A stretch of 64,000 bases of DNA from Thermoanaerobaculia bacterium. GTDB taxonomy: Bacteria; Acidobacteriota; Thermoanaerobaculia; Multivoradales; UBA5704. The stretch covers positions 35,804 to 99,803 of the forward strand of contig JBGAGQ010000016.1 in NCBI GenBank assembly GCA_044226625.1, given 5' to 3'. The stretch's first letter is position 1. The number at the start of each line of letters is the position of its first letter. The notes under the pieces are model-generated. The model was not told where the DNA came from, searched no databases, and was given only the letters and a program-made list of their open reading frames with translations. Below are positions 21,222 through 31,396 of the stretch, piece after piece. The position numbers and the translations under genes are program-made.

Positions 21222-22949
21222 TCACGGCGCCGAGGAGAGGCGTCCCATCTCCTCGAGGAGCAACCCCTCGCGCAGGCGCGCCTCCGCGTCGTCGGGGTCG
21301 AGCTCGATCGCCCGGCGGATCGCCGCGAGCGCTCCGGTTCGATCGCCCCGCTCGCGCAACAGCACCGCCTTGTGGCCCCAGAGCACTGGATCGGCGGCGA
21401 AGCGCGCGAGCGCCTCGTCGAGCGTCCTCATCGCTCCGTCGAGGTCTCCCAGGCGCGCCCGCGCGACGACCAGGTTGCGCCAGGCCGGCAAGTAGCCGGG
21501 GTTGCGCGCCACCAGCTCGGCGAGCTCGGCGGCCCCCGCCGCCACCTCGCCTCGCCGCAGCGCGAGCAGGGCGCGACGGAGGCGCGGCAACTGCGCTTGC
21601 GGATCGAGCTCGATCGCGCGCTCGAGCCCCTCGCCCGCGCCCGCGAGGTCGCCCTTCTCCGCAAGGAGGCGGGAGCGCTCGGTCCAGGCCGAAGAGCTGC
21701 CGGGATCGGCGCGGATCGCCGTCTCCCAGAACCTCTCCTCGTCGGCGAAAGGCCGTTGGGCCGCGAGGGTAAGCGCCGCGAAGAGGGCGATCGACGCGCC
21801 CCAGATGGCGACCCGCAACGTGCGTCTCCCCTCTTCGAGCGGCAACAGGAGCGCGAGCAGCCAGCCGAGAGCCAGGCTCGGCAGCAGCAGGTAGCGATCC
21901 ATCACCATCCACTCGGGGTTCACCGCCCAGATCGCGAGGACCGGCGCGATCCAGGCCGCCGCCCAGAGCAGGGGCCGCGCGATCCGTCGACGCCGGCGCG
22001 CGGCGAGGATCGCCAGGACGACGAGCACGACGAGCGCCGCGGTCGAGAGCAGCACCTCCGGCGCGAGCCACGAGCGCGCCGGCCGCGCCGGATGGAGCAA
22101 GAAGAGATCGACCGGCACCAGGAGGTCGCGAAGGTAAGCGACGAGCGCGATCGGCACGCTCGCGAGCGCGAGAGGCAGCGGAGGCGCGGTCGGGAAACGG
22201 TGCGCCACACCGCCGAGCACCTCGGCGCGATAGGCGAGATAGCCCGCCGTGACGAGGGCGAGGACGATCCATTCGGCCCAGGGCCGCCGTGCCGTTTCCC
22301 GGTCTCGCGGCGCGCCGGTCACCGCTTCGAAGCCGGCGAACAGGAGAAGCCCGATCGCCGGCTCTTTGGCGAGCAGGGCGAGCGCGTAGGCGAGAGCGAG
22401 GACCGCCCAGCCGTACGCCGCGGGCCTCTCCCGCTCCACCGAAGCGCGATAGGCGAGGTAGGCGACGAGGCTCGTGACACCGAACAGGAGGTCTTGGAGA
22501 CCCGAGACCCAGGCGGCGCTCTGCGCGTGGGCCGGGTGGAGGGAGAACAGCAGGGAGCCGGCGAGCGCCGAGGCGAGGCCGATCCCTTCCCTGCGCAGCA
22601 GGACGAAGGCGAGGCCGCCGAGCACGGCGTGCAGGGCCACCGCCGCCGCGTGCCAGCCGACCGGCGACGCGCCGAGCAGGCGATGGAGCCCCGCGGCGAG
22701 CACCAGGAAGAGCGGGCGGAGGTAGTTGGTGGTGGGCGCCTCGCTCGTCCGGGCGCGCGGATCGAGGTCGGTGGTGAACAGCTCGGCGACGCTCCGCGGA
22801 GAGCGGACCACCGGATTTTCGATCAGCAGCGGCCGGTCGTCGAAGACGAAGCCGTAGCGCAACGTCGGCAGATAGAGCGCCGCCGGGACGAGCGTCGCGA
22901 CGAGGAGGACGAGCAGCCACGCCCTCCTGGACAGCTCACGCGGCGGCAC
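21222..22949 (-). CDS. GT-C membrane glycosyltransferase with C-terminal TPRs (TMTC-like)
   Basis: GFVFDD luminal motif, YLRPL, LHPAHAQSAAW, LLAKE, DRYLLLPS, about 10 TM segments followed by TPRs. Confidence 0.8.
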   Translation of the reverse strand: MPPRELSRRAWLLVLLVATLVPAALYLPTLRYGFVFDDRPLLIENPVVRSPRSVAELFTTDLDPRARTSEAPTTNYLRPLFLVLAAGLHRLLGASPVGWHAAAVALHAVLGGLAFVLLRREGIGLASALAGSLLFSLHPAHAQSAAWVSGLQDLLFGVTSLVAYLAYRASVERERPAAYGWAVLALAYALALLAKEPAIGLLLFAGFEAVTGAPRDRETARRPWAEWIVLALVTAGYLAYRAEVLGGVAHRFPTAPPLPLALASVPIALVAYLRDLLVPVDLFLLHPARPARSWLAPEVLLSTAALVVLVVLAILAARRRRRIARPLLWAAAWIAPVLAIWAVNPEWMVMDRYLLLPSLALGWLLALLLPLEEGRRTLRVAIWGASIALFAALTLAAQRPFADEERFWETAIRADPGSSSAWTERSRLLAEKGDLAGAGEGLERAIELDPQAQLPRLRRALLALRRGEVAAGAAELAELVARNPGYLPAWRNLVVARARLGDLDGAMRTLDEALARFAADPVLWGHKAVLLRERGDRTGALAAIRRAIELDPDDAEARLREGLLLEEMGRLSSAP

Positions 22950-22959
22950 GGCCGGCGAC

Positions 22960-24411
22960 CTACTCGCGCTCGGGCAGCGGCGGCGCCGGTCGGGTCTCGA
23001 GATCGGAAGCGGCCACGCCGTAGATCACCGCGCTCCAGACCGCGACGACCTGATCGAGATCCTTCGGGTCGATCTTGTCGATCGTGTCGTTGGCGCTGTG
23101 GTGCAGGTCGAAATACGTGGTCCCGTCCTGGTCGAACGAAATCACCGGCACCTCGCCGGCACTCATCGGCGACAGGTCGGCGCCCCCTCCCGCGTCGTTC
23201 GTCGGATCGGCGACGACGCCGAGGGGCGCTACGGTCTCGGCGATCCGCAGGAACGCCGGCACGGCGCTCTGCGCGACGCGCGACTTGACCCGATAGACCT
23301 TGCCCGAGCCGAAATCGGCCTCCGCCGCCGCGACGTGCCGGGGCAGCTCGGCCGCGTGCGCCTCGGCGTAGGCGCGGCCGCCCGAGAGGCCGAACTCCTC
23401 GTTGGCGAACAGGACGACACGGATCGTCCGCCGCGGCCGCTCCGCCGCGGGCAGGGCGCCGATCCGGCGCGCGGTCTCGGTCACGATCGCGCATCCCGCT
23501 CCGTCGTCGATCGCGCCGGTGCCGAGATCCCACGAGTCGAGGTGGGCGCCGAGGACGATGATCTGCTCCTCCGGCGTCCCCGCGGCGCGGCCGGGGATCT
23601 CGCCGATCACGTTCGCCGACTTGGCGTTCGGAAAGCGCTTCGTCTCGAGCTCCAGCCGGAACCGGACCGGCTGGCCCGAAGCGAGCTCGGCTTCGAGCAG
23701 GTCGGAGTCGGGGGCCGAGACCGCCGCGGCGGGCACCGTCGCCACCCCTTCGGCGAGGCGCATGGCGCCGGTGTGCGGCAAGCGGTTCGAGTCGGTGCCG
23801 ACGGAACGGATCAGCAGGCCGACCGCCCCTTTCTTCGCCGCCTCGGCCGGTCCGGCGCCGCGGACGCCGACCGCCGGGCCGTAACCCGAGCCGTCGGGCT
23901 TCCGCTCCATCCGGTTCGAGACGAAAACGATCTTGCCCTTGGCCCTCGCGGGGTCGAGGTTTCGCAAGGCCTCGAGGTTCGCCACCCCGATCACCTCGGC
24001 CTCGAGCCCACCGCTCGGCGTCGGCTCGCTGCCTCCGAGCGCCGTCAAGGCGACCGTCTGAGGCCACGGGGCGAGGATCGAGCCGGCGTTCTTTCCCCGC
24101 TCCCAGTGCGGCACCTCGACGGGCTCGGCGCGCACGTTCTCGAAGCCGAGCGCCTTGAGCTTCTTGACCGCCCAATCGACCGCTCGAGCATCGCCGGCGG
24201 AGCCCGCCGAGCGCGGCCCTACTTCAAAGGTCAGGGAGCGGACGATCTCAAAGGCGCGGGTTCCCGCGAGCGCTTCGGAGCGAAGTTTGCCCGCGACCGA
24301 AGCGATCTCCGGAGCGAGCGGCGGCGCCTCCTCCGCGCCGAGCGCGAGCCGCGCGGACGGCGAGATCGCGAGGAGCGCGAGGGCGATCGAGGCAGGGCGA
24401 AACATGGTCAT
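22960..24411 (-). CDS. M28 peptidase (carboxypeptidase Q-like) with PA domain
   Basis: Signal peptide; GAHLDSWD, AIDDGAG, FANEEFG, YFDLHHS. Confidence 0.9.
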   Translation of the reverse strand: MTMFRPASIALALLAISPSARLALGAEEAPPLAPEIASVAGKLRSEALAGTRAFEIVRSLTFEVGPRSAGSAGDARAVDWAVKKLKALGFENVRAEPVEVPHWERGKNAGSILAPWPQTVALTALGGSEPTPSGGLEAEVIGVANLEALRNLDPARAKGKIVFVSNRMERKPDGSGYGPAVGVRGAGPAEAAKKGAVGLLIRSVGTDSNRLPHTGAMRLAEGVATVPAAAVSAPDSDLLEAELASGQPVRFRLELETKRFPNAKSANVIGEIPGRAAGTPEEQIIVLGAHLDSWDLGTGAIDDGAGCAIVTETARRIGALPAAERPRRTIRVVLFANEEFGLSGGRAYAEAHAAELPRHVAAAEADFGSGKVYRVKSRVAQSAVPAFLRIAETVAPLGVVADPTNDAGGGADLSPMSAGEVPVISFDQDGTTYFDLHHSANDTIDKIDPKDLDQVVAVWSAVIYGVAASDLETRPAPPLPERE

Positions 24412-24496
24412 CGGGGACGATCCTCCTCGGGCGGTTCGAGAGACGGGCGGCGGCGAGGGAACGGATCGAGCGCCGCGACCAAGGGTTCAATCCGAG

Positions 24497-25624
24497 TCAA
24501 TACGAGGGCGCCGGGCTCCGTCCCAGCTCCCGCAGGGCGGAGCGCCAATCGGCCAGCGCGTGCTCGAAGGCCTCGCGCGCCGCGGCCGCGCGGTGCTCGA
24601 GGTCTTCGGCCGCCGCCCGGACCTTCTGCCGCTCCCAACGCAACAGGTCGGAGATCGCCTTGTCGAGGCGCGCGTGCGCCTCGGCGATCCGCCGCTCCTT
24701 CTCGGCGCGGACCGAAGCCACCCGCCGTCCCAGGCGCTCGCGCGCGGCCGCGAGCTGCACGGCGGCCTTCGCGCGCAGGATCTGCAGGTCCGAGGCGCGG
24801 CGCAGCCCCTGCGCGAGGCCGAGCTTCTCGAGCCCCCAGATCAGCCACTTCGCCGGATCGACGTGCCACGCGCGGATGCCGTTGCGATAGTCGAACGGGA
24901 AGCTGTGATGGTAGTTGTGATACCCCTCGCCGAAGGCGAGCACCGCCATCAGGCCGCTGTCGCGCGCCGAGACCTCGCGGCTGTACGGCCGCCGCCCGAG
25001 CATGTGGCACGCGCTGTTGATCAGGAACGTCCCGTGATGCGAGACGACGATGCGCAGGACGACGCCGATGATCATGCAGCCGAGCAGGCGTCCGGTGGCG
25101 AGGCCGACGATCGCGGGAATGCCCACGGCGACCGAGATCGCGATCGTCTTGTACCAGCGCTGCTGCCAGGCGACGAGCTTGTCCGTCGCGAGGTCGCGGA
25201 CGATGCGGTCGATCGTCTCGTCGGTGTCGAAAAAGACCCAGCCGACGTGCGCCCACCAGAAACCCTTCTGGATGTTGTATGGGTCCTCTTCGCGGTCGGT
25301 GTGGTCGTGGTGGAGCCGGTGGTCGGCCGCCCACTCGAGCACCGAGTTCTGAAACGTCGCGGCGCCGAACAGCAGGTAGAACAGCTTGACCGGCCAGACC
25401 GTCTCGTACGTCTTGTGCGACCAGAGCCGGTGGTAGCCGCCGGTGATCGCCATGCCGCCGGCGATCCAGAGGCCGAAGAAGGTGAGCCACTCGGGCCAGC
25501 CGAAGCCGCGGGTGGCCAGATACCAGGGAACCGAAACGAGAGCGGCGAGGAAGGTTCCGACGACGAAGAGGAGGTTGGTCCAGTTGAGTCTGCGGGTCGG
25601 GGCGGTCGAGGACGCTTCCGTCAC
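24497..25624 (-). CDS. Acyl-CoA (delta-9) fatty acid desaturase
   Basis: His boxes HRLWSH, HRLHH, HNYHH; INSACH; C-terminal coiled coil. Start position is approximate. Confidence 0.9.
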   Translation of the reverse strand: MTEASSTAPTRRLNWTNLLFVVGTFLAALVSVPWYLATRGFGWPEWLTFFGLWIAGGMAITGGYHRLWSHKTYETVWPVKLFYLLFGAATFQNSVLEWAADHRLHHDHTDREEDPYNIQKGFWWAHVGWVFFDTDETIDRIVRDLATDKLVAWQQRWYKTIAISVAVGIPAIVGLATGRLLGCMIIGVVLRIVVSHHGTFLINSACHMLGRRPYSREVSARDSGLMAVLAFGEGYHNYHHSFPFDYRNGIRAWHVDPAKWLIWGLEKLGLAQGLRRASDLQILRAKAAVQLAAARERLGRRVASVRAEKERRIAEAHARLDKAISDLLRWERQKVRAAAEDLEHRAAAAREAFEHALADWRSALRELGRSPAPSY

Positions 25625-25758
25625 GAGGTCGGCTCTCCGAAGGCAGTTGAAGGGGGGCTTTGCCGCGGTAACCACCGAGAGGATAACAGGAAAGAGAGCA
25701 TGGTCCAGCTTCGCGGATCGCCGCCTGCGGTGGCCGGAAACCGAATACAGTTCGCGCG

Positions 25759-26703
25759 ATGGCTCCCCCTCCGGTCAGCGCTCCGCCCACGGGGTCGCGC
25801 CTGGCGCTGCTCACCGCGCTCGCGCTCGTCGCCTTCGCCGGCAACTCGCTCCTGTGCCGCGCCGCCCTGGCCGAGCCGGGCTTCGACCCCGGCCTCTTCA
25901 CGCTCCTGCGGCTCGCCTCCGGAGCGCTCGCGCTCGCCTTGATCGTCCGGCCGAAGGGACGCATCCACCGCGGCGCGGGGAGCTGGGTCGCCGGGCTCTC
26001 GCTCTTCTCCTATGCCGCGCTCTTCTCCTGGGCGTATCTGCATCTGACCGCCGGCACCGGCGCGCTCCTCCTCTTCGGCGCGGTCCAGGCGACGATGAAC
26101 CTCGTCGCCTTCCGCCAGGGCGAGCGCCCCGGCGCCCGGGGGCTTCTCGGTCTCGTGTCGGCCCTCGTGGGGCTGATCGTCCTAGTCGCCCCCGGGCTCG
26201 AGGCGCCGTCCCCTGTCGCGGCGCTCTCGATGATCGGCGCCGGCATCGCGTGGGGGATCTATTCGCTCCGCGGCCGCGGGAGCCGCGATCCCCTCGCCGA
26301 GACCGCGACGAACTTCCTCCGCGCCGCCGCCGTGGCCGCAGCCGGCGGAGCGCTCGTCGCGATGGGTGCACGCCTTGGCCTCGTCCAGGGGACGCCGTGG
26401 GCGGCCCTCTCCGCCGCGCCTCGGGCTTCTCTGTACGCCGTGCTCTCCGGCGCGCTCGCCTCGGGCGCCGGGTATGCCGTCTGGTACACGGCGCTCCCGG
26501 GCCTTGCCGCCTCCCGCGCCGCCTTGGTCCAGCTCGCGGTGCCTCCGCTCGCGGCGATCGGCGGCATCCTCCTCCTCGGCGAGCCACCGTCCCTCCGCCT
26601 GCTCGGCGCCTCGCTGCTCGTCCTCGGCGGCATCGCGCTCGGCGTGCTTCGGCGAGGGATCCCAACGGCCGAGCCCGCGACGAAAGGAGCGACGACTCGA
26701 TGA
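25759..26703 (+). CDS. DMT/EamA family transporter
   Basis: About 10 TM segments; AFAGNSLLCR, GYAVWY. Confidence 0.85.
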   Translation: MAPPPVSAPPTGSRLALLTALALVAFAGNSLLCRAALAEPGFDPGLFTLLRLASGALALALIVRPKGRIHRGAGSWVAGLSLFSYAALFSWAYLHLTAGTGALLLFGAVQATMNLVAFRQGERPGARGLLGLVSALVGLIVLVAPGLEAPSPVAALSMIGAGIAWGIYSLRGRGSRDPLAETATNFLRAAAVAAAGGALVAMGARLGLVQGTPWAALSAAPRASLYAVLSGALASGAGYAVWYTALPGLAASRAALVQLAVPPLAAIGGILLLGEPPSLRLLGASLLVLGGIALGVLRRGIPTAEPATKGATTR

Positions 26704-27206
26704 CACGGTCAGGCTTCGGTTTTCTCGCCCTGTGGCTCCTCGGCTCGAGCGTCGTTCACGCCGCCGAGCCCCCCGCGTCTGCGGAACCGGCCGCAGCGGA
26801 CGTAGCGGCCAAGGCCCGCGAGATGGACAAACGGGAGATTGGGGAGGCGGTGCAGTCGTACGCCGCGGCGATCCGCGCGAAGACCGGCCTCGCCGATCTG
26901 TTCACCGAAGACGGCGAGCTGATCAACCCCGGGCTCGATCCGCTCGTCGGCCCGGAGGCGATCCGCTCGTTCCTGGCGCCGCTCGCCAGCCGGGTGCGGA
27001 TCGAGGAGGCGACGATGACCCCGCGGGCGATCGACCTTTACGGCGACGAGGCCTACGTCTGGGGCGACTACAGCCAGCGAGTGGCCGTGGGCGAACGTCC
27101 CCTGTCGACCTTCGCCGGCCGGTTCGTCGCCCAGTGGCACCGCGCCGACGGCCGCTGGAAGGTGCGGCGGATGATGGTCCAGCCGGCGCCCGCCGCCGCG
27201 CCCTGA
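26700..27206 (+). CDS. Secreted NTF2/SnoaL-like (DUF4440) protein
   Basis: AAGGAG then ATG overlapping the upstream stop; signal peptide; LFTEDG, W.RADGRWK. Confidence 0.8.
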   Translation: MTRSGFGFLALWLLGSSVVHAAEPPASAEPAAADVAAKAREMDKREIGEAVQSYAAAIRAKTGLADLFTEDGELINPGLDPLVGPEAIRSFLAPLASRVRIEEATMTPRAIDLYGDEAYVWGDYSQRVAVGERPLSTFAGRFVAQWHRADGRWKVRRMMVQPAPAAAP

Positions 27207-27234
27207 TCTCGACTGCTTTCCGCGGCCGGTCGGA

Positions 27235-29490
27235 CTAGCCCTGGAACGCGTACGAGACCTTGAAGAACGCCTGCCGCGAGACGGGAGCGAGCTCTCCGAC
27301 GTCGTCGAGCGTGCGGGCGTCGCCGATGCCGAGGAACAGCACCGTCTGCCAGTTGAGCTTGTAGCCGAGAAGCGCCGAGGCGGTGCGGACCTTCGAGCGC
27401 TCCTCCCCCACCCCTGGCTCCGGCTGGCGCGCCCGATCGACCGCGGTACGGATCTCCTCGCCGATCAGCCGGAGGAAGGTCCGCGAATTGAAGTTGTAGT
27501 TGGCGCGCAGGCGCCCGACCTCCGCGGTGAGATATCGGCCGCTGTCGACGTCGAGCCAGCGCCGCGTGGCCGAGAGCTGGAGGTCGAGGTGCTGGCCCGG
27601 GCGGAAGATCGAGGTCAGCTTGACCGAGCCTCCCTTGCCGGCTCGCGAGTTGGCGAAATCGACGTCGTCGCCGAGAAATCCGGAGAGCGTGATCTCGCCG
27701 AACTGCCGCGACGGGCTGATCTCGGCGTAATACTCGAGATACTGGCGCGAGAACACCTGCTCGCCCGCACGGACCCGCTCGAATTTGTAGCTGATCTCGC
27801 TGAAGCTGTTCCGGGCGCCGTCGAACAAGAGCTTCGGCACGACGCGGGAGAGGAGCAGACGCCCCCGGGAGTCCTCCGAGTAGCGCGCGGCGATCGCCGG
27901 ACGAAGCGAGCGGAAGAACCCGCTCTTCGGATAGTAGAACCGGGTGTACTGCGACAACGCCTCGCGATAGCCGACCTGCGGCAGGAAGCCGACGTCGGCC
28001 CGGAAATCGTCGCCCAGGTCCTGGTAATAGGAGTAGAGCTCGTAGCTTTTCCGCGTGCGCGAGTACTCGACCCAGCCCGCGTGCGACCGGAGCTGCCGGC
28101 CGTCCCACTCCGCGATGCCGCTCGCCGGATCGTTCGGCGTCCGGGTGTCGTTCCAGAGCAGCTGCCCGGTGATCGAATCGGCGCCGCCGTCCCCCGTCTT
28201 CCGCCACTGGAAGTCGGGCCCGAACACGCGGCTGTGGACGCCGCCGTCCCCCTCGCGCAGGGTGGCGAGGAAGCTCACGAACGACGTGCCGAAGTCGCGG
28301 CGGACGCGGCCGATCCCGACCGTCGACGAGAAGTTCTGATCGGCGAACTGGGAGCCCTGCGGCCCCGGAACGATCACGCTGCCGCCGCCGCGGTCCTCGG
28401 CCACCAGCGCCGTGTAGGCGGTCGAACCGAAGTGGCCGGTCGCCCGCGCGCCCCAACGCGGCGAGGTGATCGTCCGCGTGTAGACCACCTGGAGCGGCGT
28501 CGAGAGGAGGTCGAGACCTTCGAGGAAGAACGGCCGCTTCTCATCGAAGAACAGGGCGAACCGCTCGTTGGCGGTCACCTGCGAAGCGTCGGCCTCGACC
28601 TGCGAGAAATCGGGGTTGATCGTCGCGTCGATCGCGTGGTTCGCATTCGGCAGCCATTTGAAATCGGCGCCGACGTCGTAGTCGAAATCTCCTTTTTCGA
28701 GATCGCTCCCCGCCCCGTCCCGGGCCGACCAGGGCTGGCTCGCCGCGGCGTAAGGCGCCGCCACGTAATGGGATCCCGAAGGGAGCCCGGCGAGCCCGGT
28801 GAGCGGGTTCTCGTTGCAGACGAAGCAGTTCTTGCCGCGCGGGATCGGCGCAGTGAACATCTGATAGCGAAAGTCGCGCGGGTAATTGCGATAGAGGAGG
28901 ATGCCCCAGGTCTGCGGATCGCCGTGGGCGTAGCGGAGCGAGGAGAACGGGATCCGCAGCTCGAGGTTCCAGCCGGTCGCCGTCCGCTTCGCCGCCGAAT
29001 CCCAGAACAGGTCGACCGAAGCGTTCTCCCCCGTCACGTCCGAGTTGATCGAGTCGTACTGGACGTTGTTCGGGTTCGCGACGAACAGGTAGCCGGTCTT
29101 GCCGTCGTGGGTCGAGTCGATCAGGACGCCGCCGTAGTCGGTGTCCTGGGGAACCGCGTCGCGGTCGGAAAAGAACGCCCGGATGCTGTTCGGGTCGGGG
29201 TCGGTGTTTTCGAGCGCGACGTAGAAATAGCGCTCGTCATAGGCGATCCAGCCGACGGTCTTCGCCGGGGGTTCGCCGTTCTCGCTCCGGTTGGTCTCCC
29301 AGAAGCGGTCGATCCGCGTGGCGCCCTGCCAGCCGGCGTCGGAGAGGTCGCCGTCGATCTCGATCTTGCCCTGGAGGCGAACGACGTGGAGCTCGGGGGT
29401 TTCGATCTTCGGTGCGGGGGCGTCCTGCGCCCCACGCGCGATCGCGGAAAATAGCAAAAGACAGCAGGAGATAGGGAGAGCGATTCGCAT
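27235..29490 (-). CDS. CBM9-like + DUF5916 outer-membrane protein
   Basis: Signal peptide; IDGDLSD..W, ELRIPFSSLRY, INPDFSQVEAD, EKRPFFLEG; terminal KVSYAF. Confidence 0.85.
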   Translation of the reverse strand: MRIALPISCCLLLFSAIARGAQDAPAPKIETPELHVVRLQGKIEIDGDLSDAGWQGATRIDRFWETNRSENGEPPAKTVGWIAYDERYFYVALENTDPDPNSIRAFFSDRDAVPQDTDYGGVLIDSTHDGKTGYLFVANPNNVQYDSINSDVTGENASVDLFWDSAAKRTATGWNLELRIPFSSLRYAHGDPQTWGILLYRNYPRDFRYQMFTAPIPRGKNCFVCNENPLTGLAGLPSGSHYVAAPYAAASQPWSARDGAGSDLEKGDFDYDVGADFKWLPNANHAIDATINPDFSQVEADASQVTANERFALFFDEKRPFFLEGLDLLSTPLQVVYTRTITSPRWGARATGHFGSTAYTALVAEDRGGGSVIVPGPQGSQFADQNFSSTVGIGRVRRDFGTSFVSFLATLREGDGGVHSRVFGPDFQWRKTGDGGADSITGQLLWNDTRTPNDPASGIAEWDGRQLRSHAGWVEYSRTRKSYELYSYYQDLGDDFRADVGFLPQVGYREALSQYTRFYYPKSGFFRSLRPAIAARYSEDSRGRLLLSRVVPKLLFDGARNSFSEISYKFERVRAGEQVFSRQYLEYYAEISPSRQFGEITLSGFLGDDVDFANSRAGKGGSVKLTSIFRPGQHLDLQLSATRRWLDVDSGRYLTAEVGRLRANYNFNSRTFLRLIGEEIRTAVDRARQPEPGVGEERSKVRTASALLGYKLNWQTVLFLGIGDARTLDDVGELAPVSRQAFFKVSYAFQG

Positions 29491-29635
29491 GCCGCCCTTC
29501 TACGCGAAGGGTCGGGGAAGGTTGCGCACCGAGGTCCCCCGGGAGCCCGGGAGGGGACCTCGTGGGGAGCGCGATCGTTGCGCCGCCCCCCGACCCTCAT
29601 AGAATGCGCCCGATTCTCCCCGGAGGAACGACCCC

Positions 29636-31396
29636 ATGCCCGACTTCAAAGCCCTGGCGTTCGCCCTGCTCACCCTTCCCGTGGCGACGCTCGCCGCCGC
29701 CCAGGGCACGTCGCTCGCCTCGCCCGTGGCCCCGCCGGATTACGACGTGATCCTGCGCGGCGGCACGATCTACGACGGCAGCGGGCACAAGCCCTATACC
29801 GGCGACGTGGCGCTTCGCGGCGACCGGATCGCGAAGGTCGGCGACCTCAAGAAGGCGACGGCGAAGACCGAGATCGACGCGCGCGGCCTCGCCGTCGCCC
29901 CCGGGTTCGTCAACATGCTCTCCTGGGCGACCGAGTCGCTGCTGGTCGACGGCAGGGCACAGAGCGACCTGCGCCAAGGGGTGACGCTCGAGGTGTTCGG
30001 CGAAGGGTGGTCGATGGGGCCGATCAACGACGCGATGCGCAAGGAGATGCTCGACGATCAGGGCGACCTGAAATTCGACATCCCCTGGACCACGCTCGGC
30101 GACTACCTGGACCATCTGGAAAAGAAGGGGATCGCGGAGAACGTCGCCTCGTTCGTCGGCGCGACGACCGTGCGCATCCACGAGATCGGTTACGCCGACC
30201 GGCCTCCGACCGCCGAGGAGCTCGAGCGGATGAAGGCGCTCGTCCGCCAAGGGATGGAAGAGGGGGCCCTCGGGCTCGGATCGTCGCTCATCTATGCCCC
30301 GGCGTTCTACGCCAAGACCGACGAGCTGGTGGCGCTCGCCCAGGTCGCGGGCTCCTACGGCGGGCGCTACATCTCCCACATGCGGAGCGAGGGGAACCGC
30401 CTGCTCGAAGCCGTCGACGAGCTGATGGAGATCTCCCGCCGCGGCAAGCTCCCGGCCGAGATCTACCACTTGAAGGCGGCCGGCCAGGGCAACTGGCCGA
30501 AGATGGATCAGGTGATCCAGAAGGTCGAAGCGGCGCGGAAGGCCGGCCTCGACATCAGCGCCGACATGTACAACTACACGGCGGGCGCCACCGGCCTCGA
30601 CGCCTCGATGCCGCCGTGGGTGCAGGAGGGCGGCTACGAGGCATGGAAGAAGCGGCTCCAGGATCCGGAGATCCGCGCCAAGGTCTTGAAGGAGATGACC
30701 ACCCCGACGGACGCCTGGGAGAACCTCTTCCTCGGCGCCGGGCCGGACGGCATCCTGCTCGCGGGCTTCAAGAACGACGCGCTCAAGCCGCTCACCGGCA
30801 AGACCCTCGCGGCGGTCGCCAAGGAGCGCGGCAAGTCTCCGGAAGAGACGGCGATAGACCTGGTGATCGAGGACGGCAGCCGCGTCGGCACGATCTACTG
30901 CCTGATGTCGGAAGAGAATGTGAAGAAGCAGATCGCCCTCCCCTGGGTCGCGTTCGGCTCGGACGCCGGCGCCCCCTCGGCCGAGGGGGCGTTCTTGAAA
31001 TCGAACGACCACCCGCGCGCCTACGGCAACGTCGCCCGCCTGCTCGGCCGCTACGTCCGCGACGAGAAGGTGATCCCGCTCGAAGAGGCGGTCCGCAAGC
31101 TCACCTCGCTTCCCACCGAGCGGCTGAAGATCCGCGAGCGCGGGCGCTTGAAGGAGGGCTACTTCGCCGACCTCGCGGTGTTCGACCCGAAGAGCGTCGC
31201 CGACCACGCGACCTACGACAAGCCGCACCAATACGCGACCGGCATGAAGCAGGTCTTCGTCAACGGCGTCCACGTGCTCAAGGACGGCGAGCCGACGGGC
31301 GCCGCCGCCGGCCGCGTCGTCCGCGGGCCCGGCTGGACCGGCTGGAAGGCGCAAACCGACAAGGACGCCGCGAAGGCCGGAAAGGGAGGTCGATGA
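29636..31396 (+). CDS. N-acyl-D-amino-acid deacylase (D-aminoacylase)
   Basis: GGTIYDGSG, APGFVNMLSW, YISHMRSEG, GSDA, HPRAYG. Confidence 0.9.
   Translation: MPDFKALAFALLTLPVATLAAAQGTSLASPVAPPDYDVILRGGTIYDGSGHKPYTGDVALRGDRIAKVGDLKKATAKTEIDARGLAVAPGFVNMLSWATESLLVDGRAQSDLRQGVTLEVFGEGWSMGPINDAMRKEMLDDQGDLKFDIPWTTLGDYLDHLEKKGIAENVASFVGATTVRIHEIGYADRPPTAEELERMKALVRQGMEEGALGLGSSLIYAPAFYAKTDELVALAQVAGSYGGRYISHMRSEGNRLLEAVDELMEISRRGKLPAEIYHLKAAGQGNWPKMDQVIQKVEAARKAGLDISADMYNYTAGATGLDASMPPWVQEGGYEAWKKRLQDPEIRAKVLKEMTTPTDAWENLFLGAGPDGILLAGFKNDALKPLTGKTLAAVAKERGKSPEETAIDLVIEDGSRVGTIYCLMSEENVKKQIALPWVAFGSDAGAPSAEGAFLKSNDHPRAYGNVARLLGRYVRDEKVIPLEEAVRKLTSLPTERLKIRERGRLKEGYFADLAVFDPKSVADHATYDKPHQYATGMKQVFVNGVHVLKDGEPTGAAAGRVVRGPGWTGWKAQTDKDAAKAGKGGR

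Noticed and set aside
20364-25942. Long Arg/Ala/Pro-rich ORFs (for example 974, 640 and 595 aa) here and throughout the window
   Set aside because: Typical stop-poor shadow frames of high-GC genes, with no recognisable motifs.
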